Positions 25,095 to 40,706 of a stretch of DNA of 64,000 bases are shown here, one piece after another (position 1 is the stretch's first letter; each line of letters starts with the position of its first letter). This DNA comes from the human T2T-CHM13v2.0 reference genome, Homo sapiens. Both the position numbers and the translations under genes were made by a program. Below the pieces are notes generated by a model. That model ran no database searches and was not told the origin of the DNA. It worked only from the letters and a program-made list of their open reading frames with translations. Location of the stretch: NCBI RefSeq assembly GCF_009914755.1, contig NC_060926.1. One strand, written 5' to 3'.

Positions 25095-26268
25095 TGAAGC
25101 AAGAAAAAAATAACAAATTCAAGGCAACATTAAGTAGAAGAAAACAAATAATAAAATTTAATAGCAGAAATAAATACATCAGAAAATAGACAAAAAAGTT
25201 AAAAGTTGGATACTTGAAAAAATTAATAGAACTGATCAATTTTTGGCAAAATCGAGCAAGAGGAAAAAACACAAATCACCAAAAGCAGGAGTAAAAGAAG
25301 AGACATCACTGCAAATTTTAAAGATATTAAAAGAATAATAAGAAGATTTTATAAACAAGTGGATGCCAAAATATCAACAATTTATACAAGATGGAAACAT
25401 TTGTTGAAAAATAAAATGTACCGGAACTGAAGTAAGAAGAAATAAATCTAAATGGTCCTATGTCTGTTAAGAAATTAAACTCATAATAAACTACCTACCA
25501 AGAAAAACTATCCAGGCTCAGACAGCTTCACCAATAAATTATGTAAATATTTAAGGAAGAATTTATACCAATCTTAGATAAGCACTTTCAAAAGTTAGAA
25601 GAGGGAACATGTCACCAGTTGTTACATGACATTCATATAACTCTGATACCAAAACCTAACAAAAACATTGTGTAAGGAAATTATATCCATTCTTACCCCT
25701 TTTATTCAGTATTATACTAGAAGTCATAGCCAGTGAAATAAGCCCAAAAAAAAAAAAGAGAGAAAGAAATATAACACATGAATACCAGAAAATAATTTAA
25801 ACCATTGTTATTTGCAGATAATATGATCACATATGTAGAAAACCTTACGGAATCAATTTAGCAAGACCAAAATTTTAAAAGTAATTTAATTTTTATGCAG
25901 TACCAATAAAAAAATGGACAATAATTTTTGTATCCCATTTACAATATCATCAAAAAACATTCAACATTTAGAAATAAAAATACTGAAAACTGTACAGGGC
26001 ATAAAAATATTGCAGAAAAAAATTAAAGGTAAATAAATGTAGAGATGTCATGCTCATGAAGTGGAAGACAAAATATTGTCAAATGCACATTCTCTCAAAA
26101 TGAATCTACATATTCAATATCATTAAGATCAACATTTCATGTGCCTTTTTGAAAAATTCACAAGCTGATTCTAACACTCATATGGGCAAAAAATATCAAA
26201 AACAATTTGAAAAAGAATAACAAAGTTGGAGGACTTATACTACATGATTTTAAGGCTTACCATAAAGT

Positions 26269-26409
26269 TGTTGACACCAAAGGGAACAAAAGCAGTCTAT
26301 CCCTACTGATTCTTACCAAAAATATAGATTAATGAGCAAAATAAATGTTTTCATTATTTTAAGCCAAATATGTGGGATAGTTTGTTATGCACCCATAGTT
26401 ACTGGAACA
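26269..26409 (+). mobile_element. MLT1 LTR 3' fragment inside the L1
   Basis: gagcaaaataaatgttttcattattttaagcca...tagtttgttatgcacccatagttactggaaca. Confidence 0.65.
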
Positions 26410-28080
26410 TTATCAAAAAAAAAAAAAAAAACCATTCTGTGCAACAAAAGACACCCTTAAGAAATTGAATTGGCAGTCCACAGACTGGAAACAAATATTT
26501 ACAATACAAATATCTGACAAAGGACATGTATTCACCATACATAAAGAATGCCTACAAACCAAAAATTTCAAAACCAACACCATTAAAAAAATAGGGAAAA
26601 GACTTTTTTAAAATATCACAAGATATACAGAGTCAATTAAATACGAAAAGGTGCTCAAAATAATCATGAAAGTGCAAATCAAAATCATAATTTCAAACCT
26701 ACTCGCATAATTAAAATGAAAATCACTGACAATGCCAAATGTTGAAGTTAATACAGAGGACATAAAACCCTCTTATACTGCTTGGCGCAAATATAAAATG
26801 GTACAACCACTTTGGAGAACTGTTTGGCTGTTTCCTGTGAAGTTAAATAGACATCTACCCTATGACCCAGCAATTTCACTACTATTTACACATGAGAAAT
26901 GAAAGCAGGCTTCCAAAAAAGACTTGTAAGAGAATGTTCATAACAGCTTTATTCATGATAGTCAAAAACTGGAAACTACCCAGCTATGCAAATATAGGAG
27001 AACAGAAAAACAAATTATGGCACATCCATACTATGGAATACAATTTAACTGTATGTATTAAGAATAAACTATTGATTCATGCAAAAACTTGGACGCATTT
27101 TGAAAACATATTTCCAAGTTAAAGAAGCCAGACATTAAAAAGTATGTATGGTATGACTCCATTTAGGAGAAGTTAGAGAAAACTAAGATGATAAAAATTA
27201 GAAAGTGATTGACTCTGGGGAACAAAGGAATTGACTCTAAAGGGATATAAAAGAAATTTCTGGGATATTCTATAACTTTTTTGATCACATGGGCATATAC
27301 AATCATCAAAATTTATTGAACTAAACACTAAAGATCTGTGCATTGTATTGAATATAAGTTATACTCAATTAAAAACTGGAAAGAGCTGTTTTTTTTCTAA
27401 GCTGTGTAACTCATTGGTGCTCCAGCAGCCCTGCTGTGGGACCCCCTTTAACAAATACCTCTAACAAAGATTACTAAGGCCTCCCTGTCCATCCCTCCCT
27501 CTGCTTTTCCACAGACCACCAGCCTCCGGTACAGCAGTACATGCGAGCACATGGACATGGGGCAGGGCACCAGGGAGAATGGCAAGACACACGATGAATA
27601 GACAGAGCCCAGCAGCAGGTCCAAGTTTGTTTACATGTGATGCTACTCTGTGCATTCCAGAAGTACTAGTAAACATTGCAGTGGGGCTGAGGTCATGAAT
27701 TCTGCAGGTAGGAGTAACAAGCCAGTGAAATGTGTGACTTCATTCATACCCTTACACCGGTGGGTCAGGTTATATGAGAAACCTGAAAAGGTTTAGAAAC
27801 TCACTCCAATGAGATGACCCCTTACTGTATGTACTTCGTAAGCAACCATCCTCCCCACCTTACCTACTACCTCCTCTACCCAACTGAAAGTTCTAAAACT
27901 CATTTCCATCATGTCTTGCATGAATTCACAACATTATTTTCCAAAAGTATATATTCCATAACATTTATAGATACTGATTATTAAAATACAAGTTCACCTA
28001 AATGCATTACTGAGTTCATTATATATTTACTCACATAGTAAATGTTTTAAAAGTAGAACTTCTATTGGAGATGTCACAAT

Positions 28081-28830
<750 letters not shown>

Positions 28831-31800
28831 AGGCCAGCTGTATCAGTGGCTTCAACACCGTTGAGTACCTTTCCTCTGGCATGGAACAAGATGCCCAAGG
28901 ATGGAAATGTTTATCCTACCATCAACACAATCTAAACTGCAGCAAAATGCCAAAAAACACCAGGGCCAGGGTGACCACAGCTGCCACCCCCTGCCAGTGG
29001 CACAGGAAATAAAGAAATGACCCAGGAAAATATCTAGTAAACAGAGATCTTGGACTGTTGAGCTAAGGATAGTCTCTTCCCTTGAGACTGGCAAGTGAGT
29101 CAGAAGTTTGTTGGTTGTTTTGTCTTGTTTTGTTTTGTTCTAATCCAAGCAAAGAGGACCTCAGGGATAGGAGAGGAATGAGTCTTTCCAGTGTGCCTTT
29201 CCACTCCCATTACTACCTCCTAAGTCAGGCTTTCAGAATCTCTTCTTAGGACAATTGTGAGGGACTCCTAACTTGTCATGCTGCTTCAAGCAACCCTTCC
29301 TCCAGCCTATCCTAGATAGCACAGCCAGAGCTGTCTACCCAACGCACAGCATGGATATGCTCTCTCATGCTCAAAATCCTTTCCCAGTGCGCATTAACAC
29401 TAGACTCGTTCTTCCCTCCACCCAGAGTACCTTCGACATTCTGATCCTTGAAGCCCCAGATCAATTCCTACTGCTTCCAAGAAGCTCATCCTCATGAGTT
29501 CTTGGATGAAATAGGGAGTTCCCACTCACTGGAGAATTTCAAGAAGAATGACTCAAGCACATGCTCAGGAATCTTTATTGGTTCTCCATGTTCTATTGAA
29601 TTAAAAAAAAAAAAAAAAGCTCAAACTGACAGTCAATACAATCTACAACATATACTCACCCAGATTCCCACCCTACTATTCCACCCTACCTGGCCTAGTC
29701 CCCTGCTAATCCTGAGAACATGCCTCTATCTCTATCTTTATCCATATCCCTACCACCTGGTACTCCTGTCCTCCGATTGTCAAAACTTGACCCCTCCTTT
29801 GAGATTTATTTCAAATCCTAACTAAACTCTGCTGCTTTCCCTAATTCTATCCTCCTTCCAAGCCCTTTAACTCCTGTGTTTCTTGTTTTTCCCTAGGAAT
29901 CAGAATCTCCTTGGCACTTCAGTCAAGGGTACACTTGGAGAACATAAGGCCATTGAGACAGGGACCGACCTATCTGTGCATTGTGACCCCTAGGTTAGCA
30001 CTGTCATGCCATAGCATTTAGGAATTATTGAGTGAGGGACTCTCGAAGGTCCATGTCTTGGCTGTTGTACAAAACACACGAGCATTGAATGGGAAGTTGG
30101 ACAAAATAACGCCAACAGTCTCTTCCAGTTCTGGCCTTCCAGAAACCTGGATCAGCTCTATGACATCTTCTGAACTCTGCTTTTCCCAAATCCCTTTGGC
30201 CCCTTGCCACCCAATTCACATTTAGTTGTCTGGGTTTTTTGTTATTGTTTGTATTTAATGTTTTGCAAAGAAAATGCATTCACATAGTTCAAAATAATTT
30301 TGTAATTAAAAGGTACAAAGGACAAAAATCTCACCCCCACCCCATCACGTAACTGTTTAGTTAACACTTTTATTATCTTTTTATATCCTTCCAGATTTCC
30401 TTTACGCAAATACAAATATATGTTCTTACATTTTATTACACAAACAGTAGCTTGCATGAGGTTGTTTTTGTAATTGATTTGTGAGTTAAATTTGCTCACC
30501 AGCTGCAGTGAAATTGCTGTGTTGGGAGGGTCCTTCAAAGCTCCTTTATGCCCTACTATGCCTAGCTCAGGGCTAGGCACATAAAAATGCTTAAATAAGT
30601 GCTTCTTGGTTGGCTGCCCTTCCATAACCTTCTCCAGTCCTGCCTGGAGCTGAAAGCACGTGCCCTACTTACAGCTCCAACGTGTGAGGAGAGGCCCTGC
30701 ACTCTCACTTCCTCAGACACATTTTTAGAGAATCATCTGAGCCCCGGGGGCAACGATGCAAGTTTCCATCTGTGGTATGCCAGGCCTCCCATCACCTCAG
30801 CCTTTCAACTTGGTGGGAGAGAAAATATCATGGGCTAGGAATCAGGAGACTTGGATTTCCTGCAGCTGTGTCCCCAACTTGCTGTGCAACCCTCAACAAG
30901 ACACTCATCCTCTCCAAGCCTCGTTCTTCTCATCTTTAGAATGAGGAGATGGCCCAGGTGATCTTCCAGGGATCTGCCCACACCAGCACGGCCCTCAGCC
31001 AGTCCCTTCCAGCCTCAGCTGTGCAGACATTGTGTGCTATGGGGATGAGGGCCACTTTGCACCCAGGAAGGCACCTGCACTCCCCCTGGACCTGTGCCCA
31101 TTAGCGTGTTGATCCCAGCTAAAATGGCACAGCCTTGCCACAGTCACACAACATTGCATGAGCATCTTGGGGCAACAATTCTTTCCCCTGGGGCCACAGG
31201 CCCGGGCCCCAGAGGCAGCTGCCTGCCCGAAGCAAGACTTAGCCTTTCCTGGTAAGTCAAGAGAAGCCTAAGTGAGGTCTCCTTGATGATCCAGATATGG
31301 ATCCCATGACACCTAAGGACACATCTAGGGAGGCTAGACTACCCACCGATGTAGGCTTCAAGGCCAGCACTGCTCTCACTCACATCCTTGAAGCAGGTGG
31401 CACCAGAATGGGGAATTGTGTGGTTCCCAAGAGCCTCTGTGGGGGAATTCCTCTCCATTCCTCTCTGCCCGACTGCCCTCCTCACCTGCTTCCACCTGCT
31501 GTTAGAAACAGGAGAGATGTGACCTGGAAGGCACCTCCAAGACCATCTGGTCCACCCTCTTTGTCTACAGATTCAGAAACTGAGTCCAGAGAGAGGAAGT
31601 CACTCACTTGGGGCATGCAGCTGCCTGAGTGAGGAAACAGTCTTCAATGGCAAGCCACTCAACACGTCTCAGAGAAGCCAGCCAGGGCTCCCTTCCCCCT
31701 TCTGGAGGCCGCGTCCGCACGTCCACAGTGCAGCAGGTGCCCAGCCAAGACTCTCGACTCAGGGAACAGGGTGGGAAAGCTTCTCAGGGGGAGCAGCCAG

Positions 31801-32695
31801 GAACACCGGGTGGTTGACTCAGTTCTCTGCACCAGTGGCGAAGGCTGGCTGCCAGCCTGCCTCTGGGGGCTTAATGTGGGTATAAACTTCTTGCAACTGT
31901 TGTAAGCAGGACAGGCAGGGAAGAGATGAAGGTGGCAGCGTTGTCTTCAGCTGACCAGTGTTCAGGCTGGAACTGGGAGTCGGGCCTGAATTCAGACCAC
32001 AAAAAAAAGCTATTGTTAGGAGCCCCGTTCCCTATTAGGGATAGAGATCAGAGCTTGTGGAATTTACTTCTATTGAGTGATCCCCACTTCTCTCTGCCTG
32101 TCTAAATCCTCTCTTCTTTGAAAAGCAGCTCAGAGCTGCCTCTTTCTTGAAGCCTTCCTTGCCTACGAACACCCCCATGCAGTCTCCATCCTCTGAACAG
32201 CTTGCAGCATTTCCTTCAGGAGGCATCAAGGAACTGGGCACCCGTCATGAGTTCTGGGCTGCCGCTTAGATTACGCATGTGCCTGAGGTCATGGGACCAA
32301 AGGCTGGGCGTCTTCAAGAGGAGCAGGATGTTCTACCCCTTTAGTGCCCTCCGCAGCCCACGGCCCAGCAGAATACATAAAAGGTGTGCAATAACAACTT
32401 ACTTGCCTGTTGACTGATTCCAGTTCCTCCCCCCAAAGGACAGCGAAGCCAACCACACACTCTTGAAATGCTTGTTTCTCCTGTCAGACATCCCTCATGT
32501 CCCCATGCCAGCACCCCCAGGCAGTTCCACGGGGAGAGGAGTGTAAGGTGGCAGAGTTGCCGACTGGGCTTCTGGAACTGGCATCAGGCTTGAGGGTCGT
32601 TTCGGTGGACTCCACACTGCCTCACGGACCAGGTGCAGCACAGCTGGCTAGGACCCGTAAGTCCTGCCTTGCATCCTCCCTCCCATCATTACAGC

Positions 32696-32696
<1 letters not shown>

Positions 32697-32725
<29 letters not shown>
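32697..32725. repeat. (CA)n microsatellite
   Basis: Read directly. Confidence 0.95.
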
Positions 32726-32727
<2 letters not shown>

Positions 32728-34140
32728 GTCCTCATGTTTTTCCCTCTTTGGCTGCCCCTGAAGCCTATTTCCACTCAACTCCTCCTCTATGGATATGTTC
32801 GGACATGTGTAATTTATCCCAGGGCCCTTTCGGACTGGAGTTAATCTCACATCCTAGTCTACACGCATCACCTGCCACCCAACTCGTCCCCCAGGGACTC
32901 CCTCCAGCTCTGGGAAAGGCCAGGTGACAGCAGCTCTCACACCGGCTCTGGTGTGGAGAGGGGTCAGAGTAAGTAAAACCAGAAACAGAGAAATAGCAGC
33001 AGTAAAAGCAAATGCCACTGTGTTGCTGGACCTCACGGAAGCCCCTGCCCACATTTAGAAAGATCCTATAATTTCCAGACCGTCCTGGTCAATAATAATC
33101 CGAGAGAAACCTTAATGTTTGATTTCTTCCTCGTTGTGATTTGTGGCTTGTGGAGCTCAAGATCTTTGAGGCCAAAATGGTGTTTTTGTTCATTAGGCAA
33201 AGTTGCAGGCCCAGGCAGCAGCGGCTTTCTCCAGTCTGCCCCCGCCTGGCCCCAGCTGAGGCTCAGGAAACCTCCTTGGCAACGGCTAAGGGTCTCACAG
33301 TGACATTAACCCAGCCACATTCCACACATGTAATATTCCCGAGTAGTACTTAAGCTTGTAAATCCATTTTTTATGATGCAGAATTGTACAGCATGTGCAA
33401 CGCGATGCGGATGTGTTAACATCACCGTGAGAAACTTAACTTTTGAATATCCTTGTTTTGGGAGGTACACATTTTACAACTTCAGCAACATGTTACCAAA
33501 CATTTCTTACACAGTTACTTCCATACAAGGTTCAAGGTGGTTGGTTATATTTAAATATAGAATTTCCCCCTACCTGATCACACTGAACAAATTAAAAATG
33601 GCTCAATTATTTGCATCAAGTTCTGGGTTTCTTACTGACGCCCTTGCTTCCCTATTGTAGCTTTGAAATTAGACTTTTAATTGTGCTTGTGAAACAAAAA
33701 CACAGGAGGCCATTTTCATTGCAGAACAGAAAGTTACAGGCAAAGTTAAATGCACCTGCATTTCTTTCTTTGTTGGCTGGGGGTAGGGTAAGGAGGGAGG
33801 AGGAAGAGAAAGATTTCTATTTCAATGTCTCACTTCAGGTCAGAGATTAGAACTTCCAAGCTCTGTGTGAACAGGGCACCTGCTCACCTTCTCTGGGCTG
33901 TGATTTCCTGCTCCAGCACCAGCGTGCTTCAGCATTGACAGAGGAGAAAAACTTATCCAAGTGATTTGGGCAAATATATCTGATTATCACAAGCCCTATT
34001 CTCTTTCTGTTGGCACTGATCGGGAAATGTAATTCACCACCCTCCAGTGCCATAGTCCATGGAGTGGAAAATTCTAAATTCAAACCTGTTCCAGGTCAAA
34101 GATTCTTATGTCAAGGCAGAAGAATAGAGCACAGTTTAGC

Positions 34141-34208
34141 AACTGATTAGCTTCATTTATAAAGCTAATTGATTAGCTTTATTTGTTAATTGATTAGCTT
34201 TTATTTGG
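34141..34208. repeat. Degenerate 3-copy tandem repeat of aattgattagctttattt with an internal inverted repeat
   Basis: Units start at 34141, 34167 and 34188. Confidence 0.85.
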
Positions 34209-34729
34209 GTTAAACAATTTAGTCATGTGACAGGTGGATGTCCATTTCTACTCTTATTCTACTCTTCTCTTGATGGTCGGCTGGCTGACCAGTTCCCAAA
34301 ACACACTCTTTGCTTCAGTCAGGATGGCAATCCCACAGACTCACTGTCTCATTCTTCAACTACACCACCTCCCGCCTAAGCCTCGTTCTTCTTGGCCCTT
34401 CCCCAGGATTGCTCTCCAACCCCTTCCCTCCATCTTTCCATCCTTCCAAGCCTCATTCAGCCCCAGTTCCTCTCTGAAGCTCCCCCTGATACCTTCCACC
34501 CCTCACAGACCTCCCTGCTCTCTACACACCTGTAGTGCTCCCAGCATATGCCACCAGCTTTGCCTTGTGGAATGACTGTTTTCATCACCTGGCGACTTGT
34601 ACCAGCTTGTCTCTCCACTCTTGTAAACCTGTGGGAGGGCCCCTATCTCATGTGTCTGTGCATTCCAAAGAATGCCTAAGAGGGTGTTGCACTTAGAGCT
34701 GACACTTAATAAATACTTGCCTGTTTGGG

Positions 34730-35610
34730 GAGGAAAATTGCAATCAAAATTTTAAATGCACTTGGCCTCTAACCTACCAGTCCCTCTTCCAGGCATCTAG
34801 CCTATGGAAACACTAGCCCACTTATATAAAGATGTATGTTTAAATGAGTTTATACATGGAAAAGGTTTAGAATAGGACCCCACCCACAGTAAGCACATTA
34901 TTCAGGATTAATGGTAGTTGTTGCTACTGCTATTGTTGAGAGGTTCACTGTAATATTGTTTATAATAGCAAAAATCTGGAGCAAACCCAAATGGCCAGAA
35001 GGAAGAGTATCGTTTTTGAAAATGATGCTACATCAGTATAATTGTAGGTACATTTTAAAAAGAATTAAATTTATATATACTGAAATGGGGAAATGTCCCC
35101 AGTATTAATGTTTATCAAAAAAGCAAACCACAGAACAACACTTATAGTATGATTTCATCTTTTTAAGAACTAGGTAGTAATATGTATATGCACTATACAT
35201 ATTCATGGCAGCAGCATAAAGTCATAACTAAGAGCACAGATTTAGGACTCAAAACACTTGGATATTGATCCTGGCTTCACTGCCTACTACCTACGTGAGC
35301 TCCAGAAAATTACTTAACATCTCAGTTTCCTTATCTCTCAAATGGGGAAAACAGTCATATTGCCTCAGAGGACTGGCACAGGGACTAAATGAGTTCATAT
35401 ATGTAAAGCACTTAGAATTGTGTCTGGCATGTCCAGATTCCCCAGTAAAGGTTAGTTCTTACCACTGTTATTATCTGAAAAGGAAAAAAGACTGAAAGGA
35501 TATAAACCAAACTGTTAACAGTGGTTTCCTCTGGAGAGACAAATTAGGAGAAAAGGAAACCTTCTGGTTTGGTTTTGTTTTACCACAAGCAGGTATAACT
35601 TACATCATAT
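34730..35610 (+). mobile_element. L1ME 3' remnant with a MIR at about 35215-35470
   Basis: gttcactgtaatattgtttataatagcaaaaatctggagcaaacccaaatg; accaaactgttaacagtggtttcctctgg; MIR text aaattacttaacatctcagtttcc...atgtaaagcacttagaa. Confidence 0.7.
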
Positions 35611-36337
35611 AAAAATACCTCCTATTTGTCAGTAGCATGGCAGGTTTGATTCATAAGGACAAACTGCTACCTGAGATGTAATGTAAGACGTCAGGATGCA
35701 GGCCACAAGCCACGGCTTCCCCATTTCTAAATCCTGATTCTAATTCCAATCCACAGCCAGAAAATTAAAAAATAAAAGATGTTATCACCAGCTGCTGCCC
35801 CACGCATACTCTGCAACCCCACAACATGCTGAAAAATGGAGAACATCTGTTTTAAAAAATGAAAGCATCAATTACTATTTTAAACGGGAAGAAAGGGAAC
35901 AGGAAGTAAATATGGTGACAAGTGTATTTTTATTCATGCATCTTGACAGCCAAGGTAGGGTCTAGTGCTGCTTTAATAATCATCTTCCTGTAGTAGAAGA
36001 TGGTTCAAAATACCATAACTTTCCTACTACTCCCTTTCACCTGGCAAAATCCTCGTCTTCCAAGACACCTTCCCAGACAACTCCAGTCTGCAGCATTCTC
36101 TCCCTACTCCCAACTCAGAGAGATTCTCTGCCCTCCCGCATCTGGGTGGCTCTCCTTCTGGTGACTCATGTCATGATTTAACATAAGCACCACCCAAGGC
36201 CCCAGAGTGTGGAGAACAGGAGCCTCTCTGCCTCAGGTTTCTGTGTCCTCCACCACATCTCATGACAATCCCGTCCCACTGGCTACAACAAAAAATCTAA
36301 AGTCCTTGGCCCGACACTCCAGGCCTCCCCACCATAG

Positions 36338-36738
<401 letters not shown>

Positions 36739-39700
36739 TTCCATTGCTCACTTTTGTGGCCACTTTCCCCTTATATTTGCCATCTCTATGCTGTTATCAG
36801 CTTGCTTTTCACATACCCACCTCTCGCTATTCCTTCAGGCCAACTTATTATAATACCCCCAAGTCCTGGTCCCCAGCCAATACATAAGGATCTATTTCCC
36901 CCACTCCCCTCTGCACCCCTCATCCTGTGCCTAGCAGAAAACCCAAATCACACAAGCCACCCTCTGAATGGGTAGAGCTTGTCTCTTCAACTGGATCGCA
37001 AATTCCTGGAAGGCAGGATACGTGTCAAACTTGCTTCTTTTCCTTTCTCAGATTGGGCATGAGTGGAGTGGAGCAAAGGCTTGGAGTTGAGGGAAGGCGG
37101 AGTGAGAATCTTGCCCCAAAAGTTTAATGTGGACTTTCATTTAGTAGTTATATCTATCTGACAGCTCGCTAACTTTGTATGGCAACACTTTCTTATTTGT
37201 CTTTTCATTCATTTTTCTTGCTGGGAAAGAAAAAAAAAAAGATAGTTAAAAATTAAATCCAAAACTTTCAGCTCTGATAAGATGAATTTTCTCAAAAGCC
37301 AATAATTCCACATGGCTCATCTAAAATTAGAGAGAAGTGACCAGGATTTTTAGTTGACTGGCTTTATAGTAGATGCAAGATAGTCAAAATCTATTTAAAT
37401 GACTTTCTTAGGGAATTGGAGCAGCAGGCAATGTATCAGATGCCAGAAGTCCATTTAAATATTACACTAAGGGAAGGGAATTAGTTTGGTCAAGCTGCTA
37501 AAATGAATAGGCAGGGACAGAAATGCCCTGGAGAAGTGCTGGGTATTTCATCTTGAATCTATTTGAAAGATAAACACATTTATTTACTAAGTTTAGTACT
37601 TCAACTATTTTCTGGAATCGGTATTTGTACAAATCCAGGCCGAGCTGGCCAACTGGAATTAAAAAATGACCAGGACTAAAAAATTAATTTGACACTCCTC
37701 AATTTCCTTGTTTAGAAACACAAAACAAAGTCCTATTGAAATTGGAGATATATACAATATTTCAGTCTACAACTGGAAACTGCTGCTGTGCACCGGCAAA
37801 CAGCAGCTCTCAGCTCCTCCAGCCCCAACGTGCTTGCCATGGCGGTCCAGGCTGCAGCTGTTTATGAGCTTAAAATGCAAACATGCTAACTTTTTTCTTC
37901 TGCAGGAAAAACATGTATTCCCACTGACACCTACTGCTGTCTTACAGATGGGCCTAACGCTGAGATTTCAAACATTTTACAGGAAATACACGGACCCACA
38001 CTCCCTGAGCAGGCCCCGTGCTACCCAGGCACTTTTTAAATTGCTTTTCCAGTAGGATCCCAGGAAAAGGTTCAGTTTTGCCACCACCTGCACAAGGCCA
38101 GGATATGACTGGTTTGACAATCTCTAACCTCTGCATTCCTGCAGGGGTCCTCCGGGTAACTCTGCCCCCCACCCAGTTAGTGACCCCTTATGGACTCTGG
38201 ATTGGGTGTTTGGTAGCCTGAGTTTCCTATGGCCAGCAGAGGCAGGAAGACCACACAGTATCAGACATAACATCTCACAAGATGAGGTGTGGCACAACAT
38301 CCCAACTGTGCTGGAAACTGGGGCTGGCTGGTGAGGATGTCATTTAATGGATGAGCAACTCACCAGCCGGTTTCATTATTGAATGCCTCCCTCTGGCCCC
38401 TGAGTAACGGAGCTCTCGCTGGCAGGCCTGGCTCTTCCCCATAGTTCTCAAAGGTTATAGAACCCCCTTCTTCCCTTGTAAACTCTTTCAGCAATAGTCT
38501 TCCCTGCTCCCCCTATATTGTCAACACATCATAGCTGAAGCCTCAGTGGAATACCCCATCCAATTTCCCATAAAATGGGACATGAAAATAAACACACATA
38601 TTGTATGTTGGTTTACATTTCCTGCACAGACCCAGCAGGGGCGACAGGAAAGACATTAAGGAAACTATTTCTAAAGCAATGGGCTACATTTTAGCCAGAA
38701 TACTCTCACTGACCCTAAAAAGAAAGCCATTCAGATGGCTAAAATCCCATATAATTCTTTGAAAACGCTCTTCAACATTCCCATTTTAATTTCCAAAATC
38801 AATATGGCTTGCTAGTGCCCCATGCTCCAAGACAACAATTCATATTGATGGGGAGGAAGGGATGAACATTTTTCTATTGAATGGAAAATTTGGTTATTTT
38901 TAAGGACATTATTCCAAGAGAGAAAAAGGTCTTAAGTCCACTGCACCTGACAGAGTATTCTTTTGTTCCTAGAAGGCTGGTTTCTCTTGACATCTCTGCC
39001 CTCATTAAAAAAGCATATCACAGTTGTCACCTTTATGTTTTCAGTCATGCAGTTTCAAGCCCCAAAACAGAATGTTGTCATTTATTTTTCTTCTGAAGAA
39101 ATGGCACCCTGCTCACATGCATGCATGCTCAACGCCAAAAATCCGAGAGGACATTCCTGTAGCACCTCTCTAATTCAGAGCACCTGGCAAGTCTGAGTTA
39201 GCGAGTTGTCTCAACCAGGGGATAGTAAAGGCTATTTTATGTCTTCCACGTATATTCACTAACTAGGTAATAATCACTTGCCATTAGCACATGAAAATTG
39301 TGCGTAAGTGGTGCTGCTGAAGAGCTAGAAAACAGTTTGTTCTCAGGTAGGTAAATGGTCCCTCCTGCAGTCTTGTTCACACTGTTAATTTGCTGAGCAA
39401 ACCCTTTCCTCAAGGACTGTGCAAACACCGGTTTCGGGCTCCATGTTAAGGAAGCTCACAGGCAGTCCTCTGCCCCCTTGAGACGACAATTCATCTTCCA
39501 CCACAACAAAGCCATTTTGCCACACCTAAGAACCAAAAAAAAAAAAAGAAAAGAAAGAAGCATTGCATGTAATATCATTGTCTCTATCAGCCATGGCCTT
39601 CCTTTGGTAGGGGCAAAATATTAGTCTCACACTCCAGCCACAAGGAGAAACTTGACACATCCGAACATTAAACTTCCTTCCAACCCTGCCCCCAACATGC

Positions 39701-40706
39701 CTGCCTTGCTACCCTAATTCTTCCCCCTCTCCCACCCCCAAGTTTCTGCCTATGAGGAGAGAAGGGTGAGGAAGTGCGGATGTCTGCTTCAGGGTGCTAT
39801 TTGGGGTTTCATCTATTCATGCTTCTCACTTAGCACCCACTTGCCATGGAGGGGCAAGATGAGCCTGGGACCACTACCTTTGAGGGTTGGCCAAGAGTGG
39901 GCACCCTGGATCAACTCTTCTCTGGCCTCAAAGAGAAATTTCCTCTTTGCCTGCTCTTCCCTGAGGATCTGTGCTTACTCTTGTTCCAAGAGAGAAACTT
40001 GACAGACCAAGATCAGAGTGTGGGGCTAAGGACTAAGAGGACTATTAGACTGCTTTGAGGCTGGCTTTGAACCGGAGGGTTAAGGGAATCCTGAGACCCA
40101 TGCTGGTGCAGCAGATTCAGCGGGAAAAGGAGTTTCACATCGAGCATGGGGTCAAAGCCCTGTGGAAATCAGGAGGCCTTTGCCAAGAGCACATACTCTG
40201 CATGTCTTTCTTGAGCCTGATCTGGGATTGTGTATTTGGGATTTGACTCATCACAAATAACCTAATGAGTGAAGAAATGTCCAAAAGCAGGTAAGTGGAA
40301 ATGTGGAACATAAGAAGCTGAGATAATCCACACACAAACGACAAGTCCCCAAATGACTATGGGTTGCCTATATGTACTCCAGACATTTTCGTAAACTAAG
40401 AAGAGTTAAAATTGACCCAAGACTTTTGCCCTTCCTACACTGCAGATAACACAACTGCAAATATCTAATGCCTTTAGTAGGGATGACTGAAGTTGACATT
40501 ATAGATGTAGTAAGATCCATGCCCCAAGGATGTTAAGATTCACTGTCAGACAAATAATCTGTGTTAGCTCTGATAAGAAATCCACTAGAGTAATTGGTTC
40601 CAGGGTCATGCACCTCCCCACCCCTTTGAAGAGCAGAATCCTACTTCTGGAGACCGTGAGATGGGGGCTGAACTGGAGAACCTCAAACAGAAGTTTGAAG
40701 CTTCCT

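Noticed and set aside
26862-27122. 86-aa ORF with protein-like composition
   Set aside because: It is a decayed L1 ORF2p C-terminal fragment within an old L1.
33373-33430. Possible C/D snoRNA (atgatg...)
   Set aside because: The C box is imperfect (ATGATGC), and there is no well-placed CTGA D box or terminal stem.
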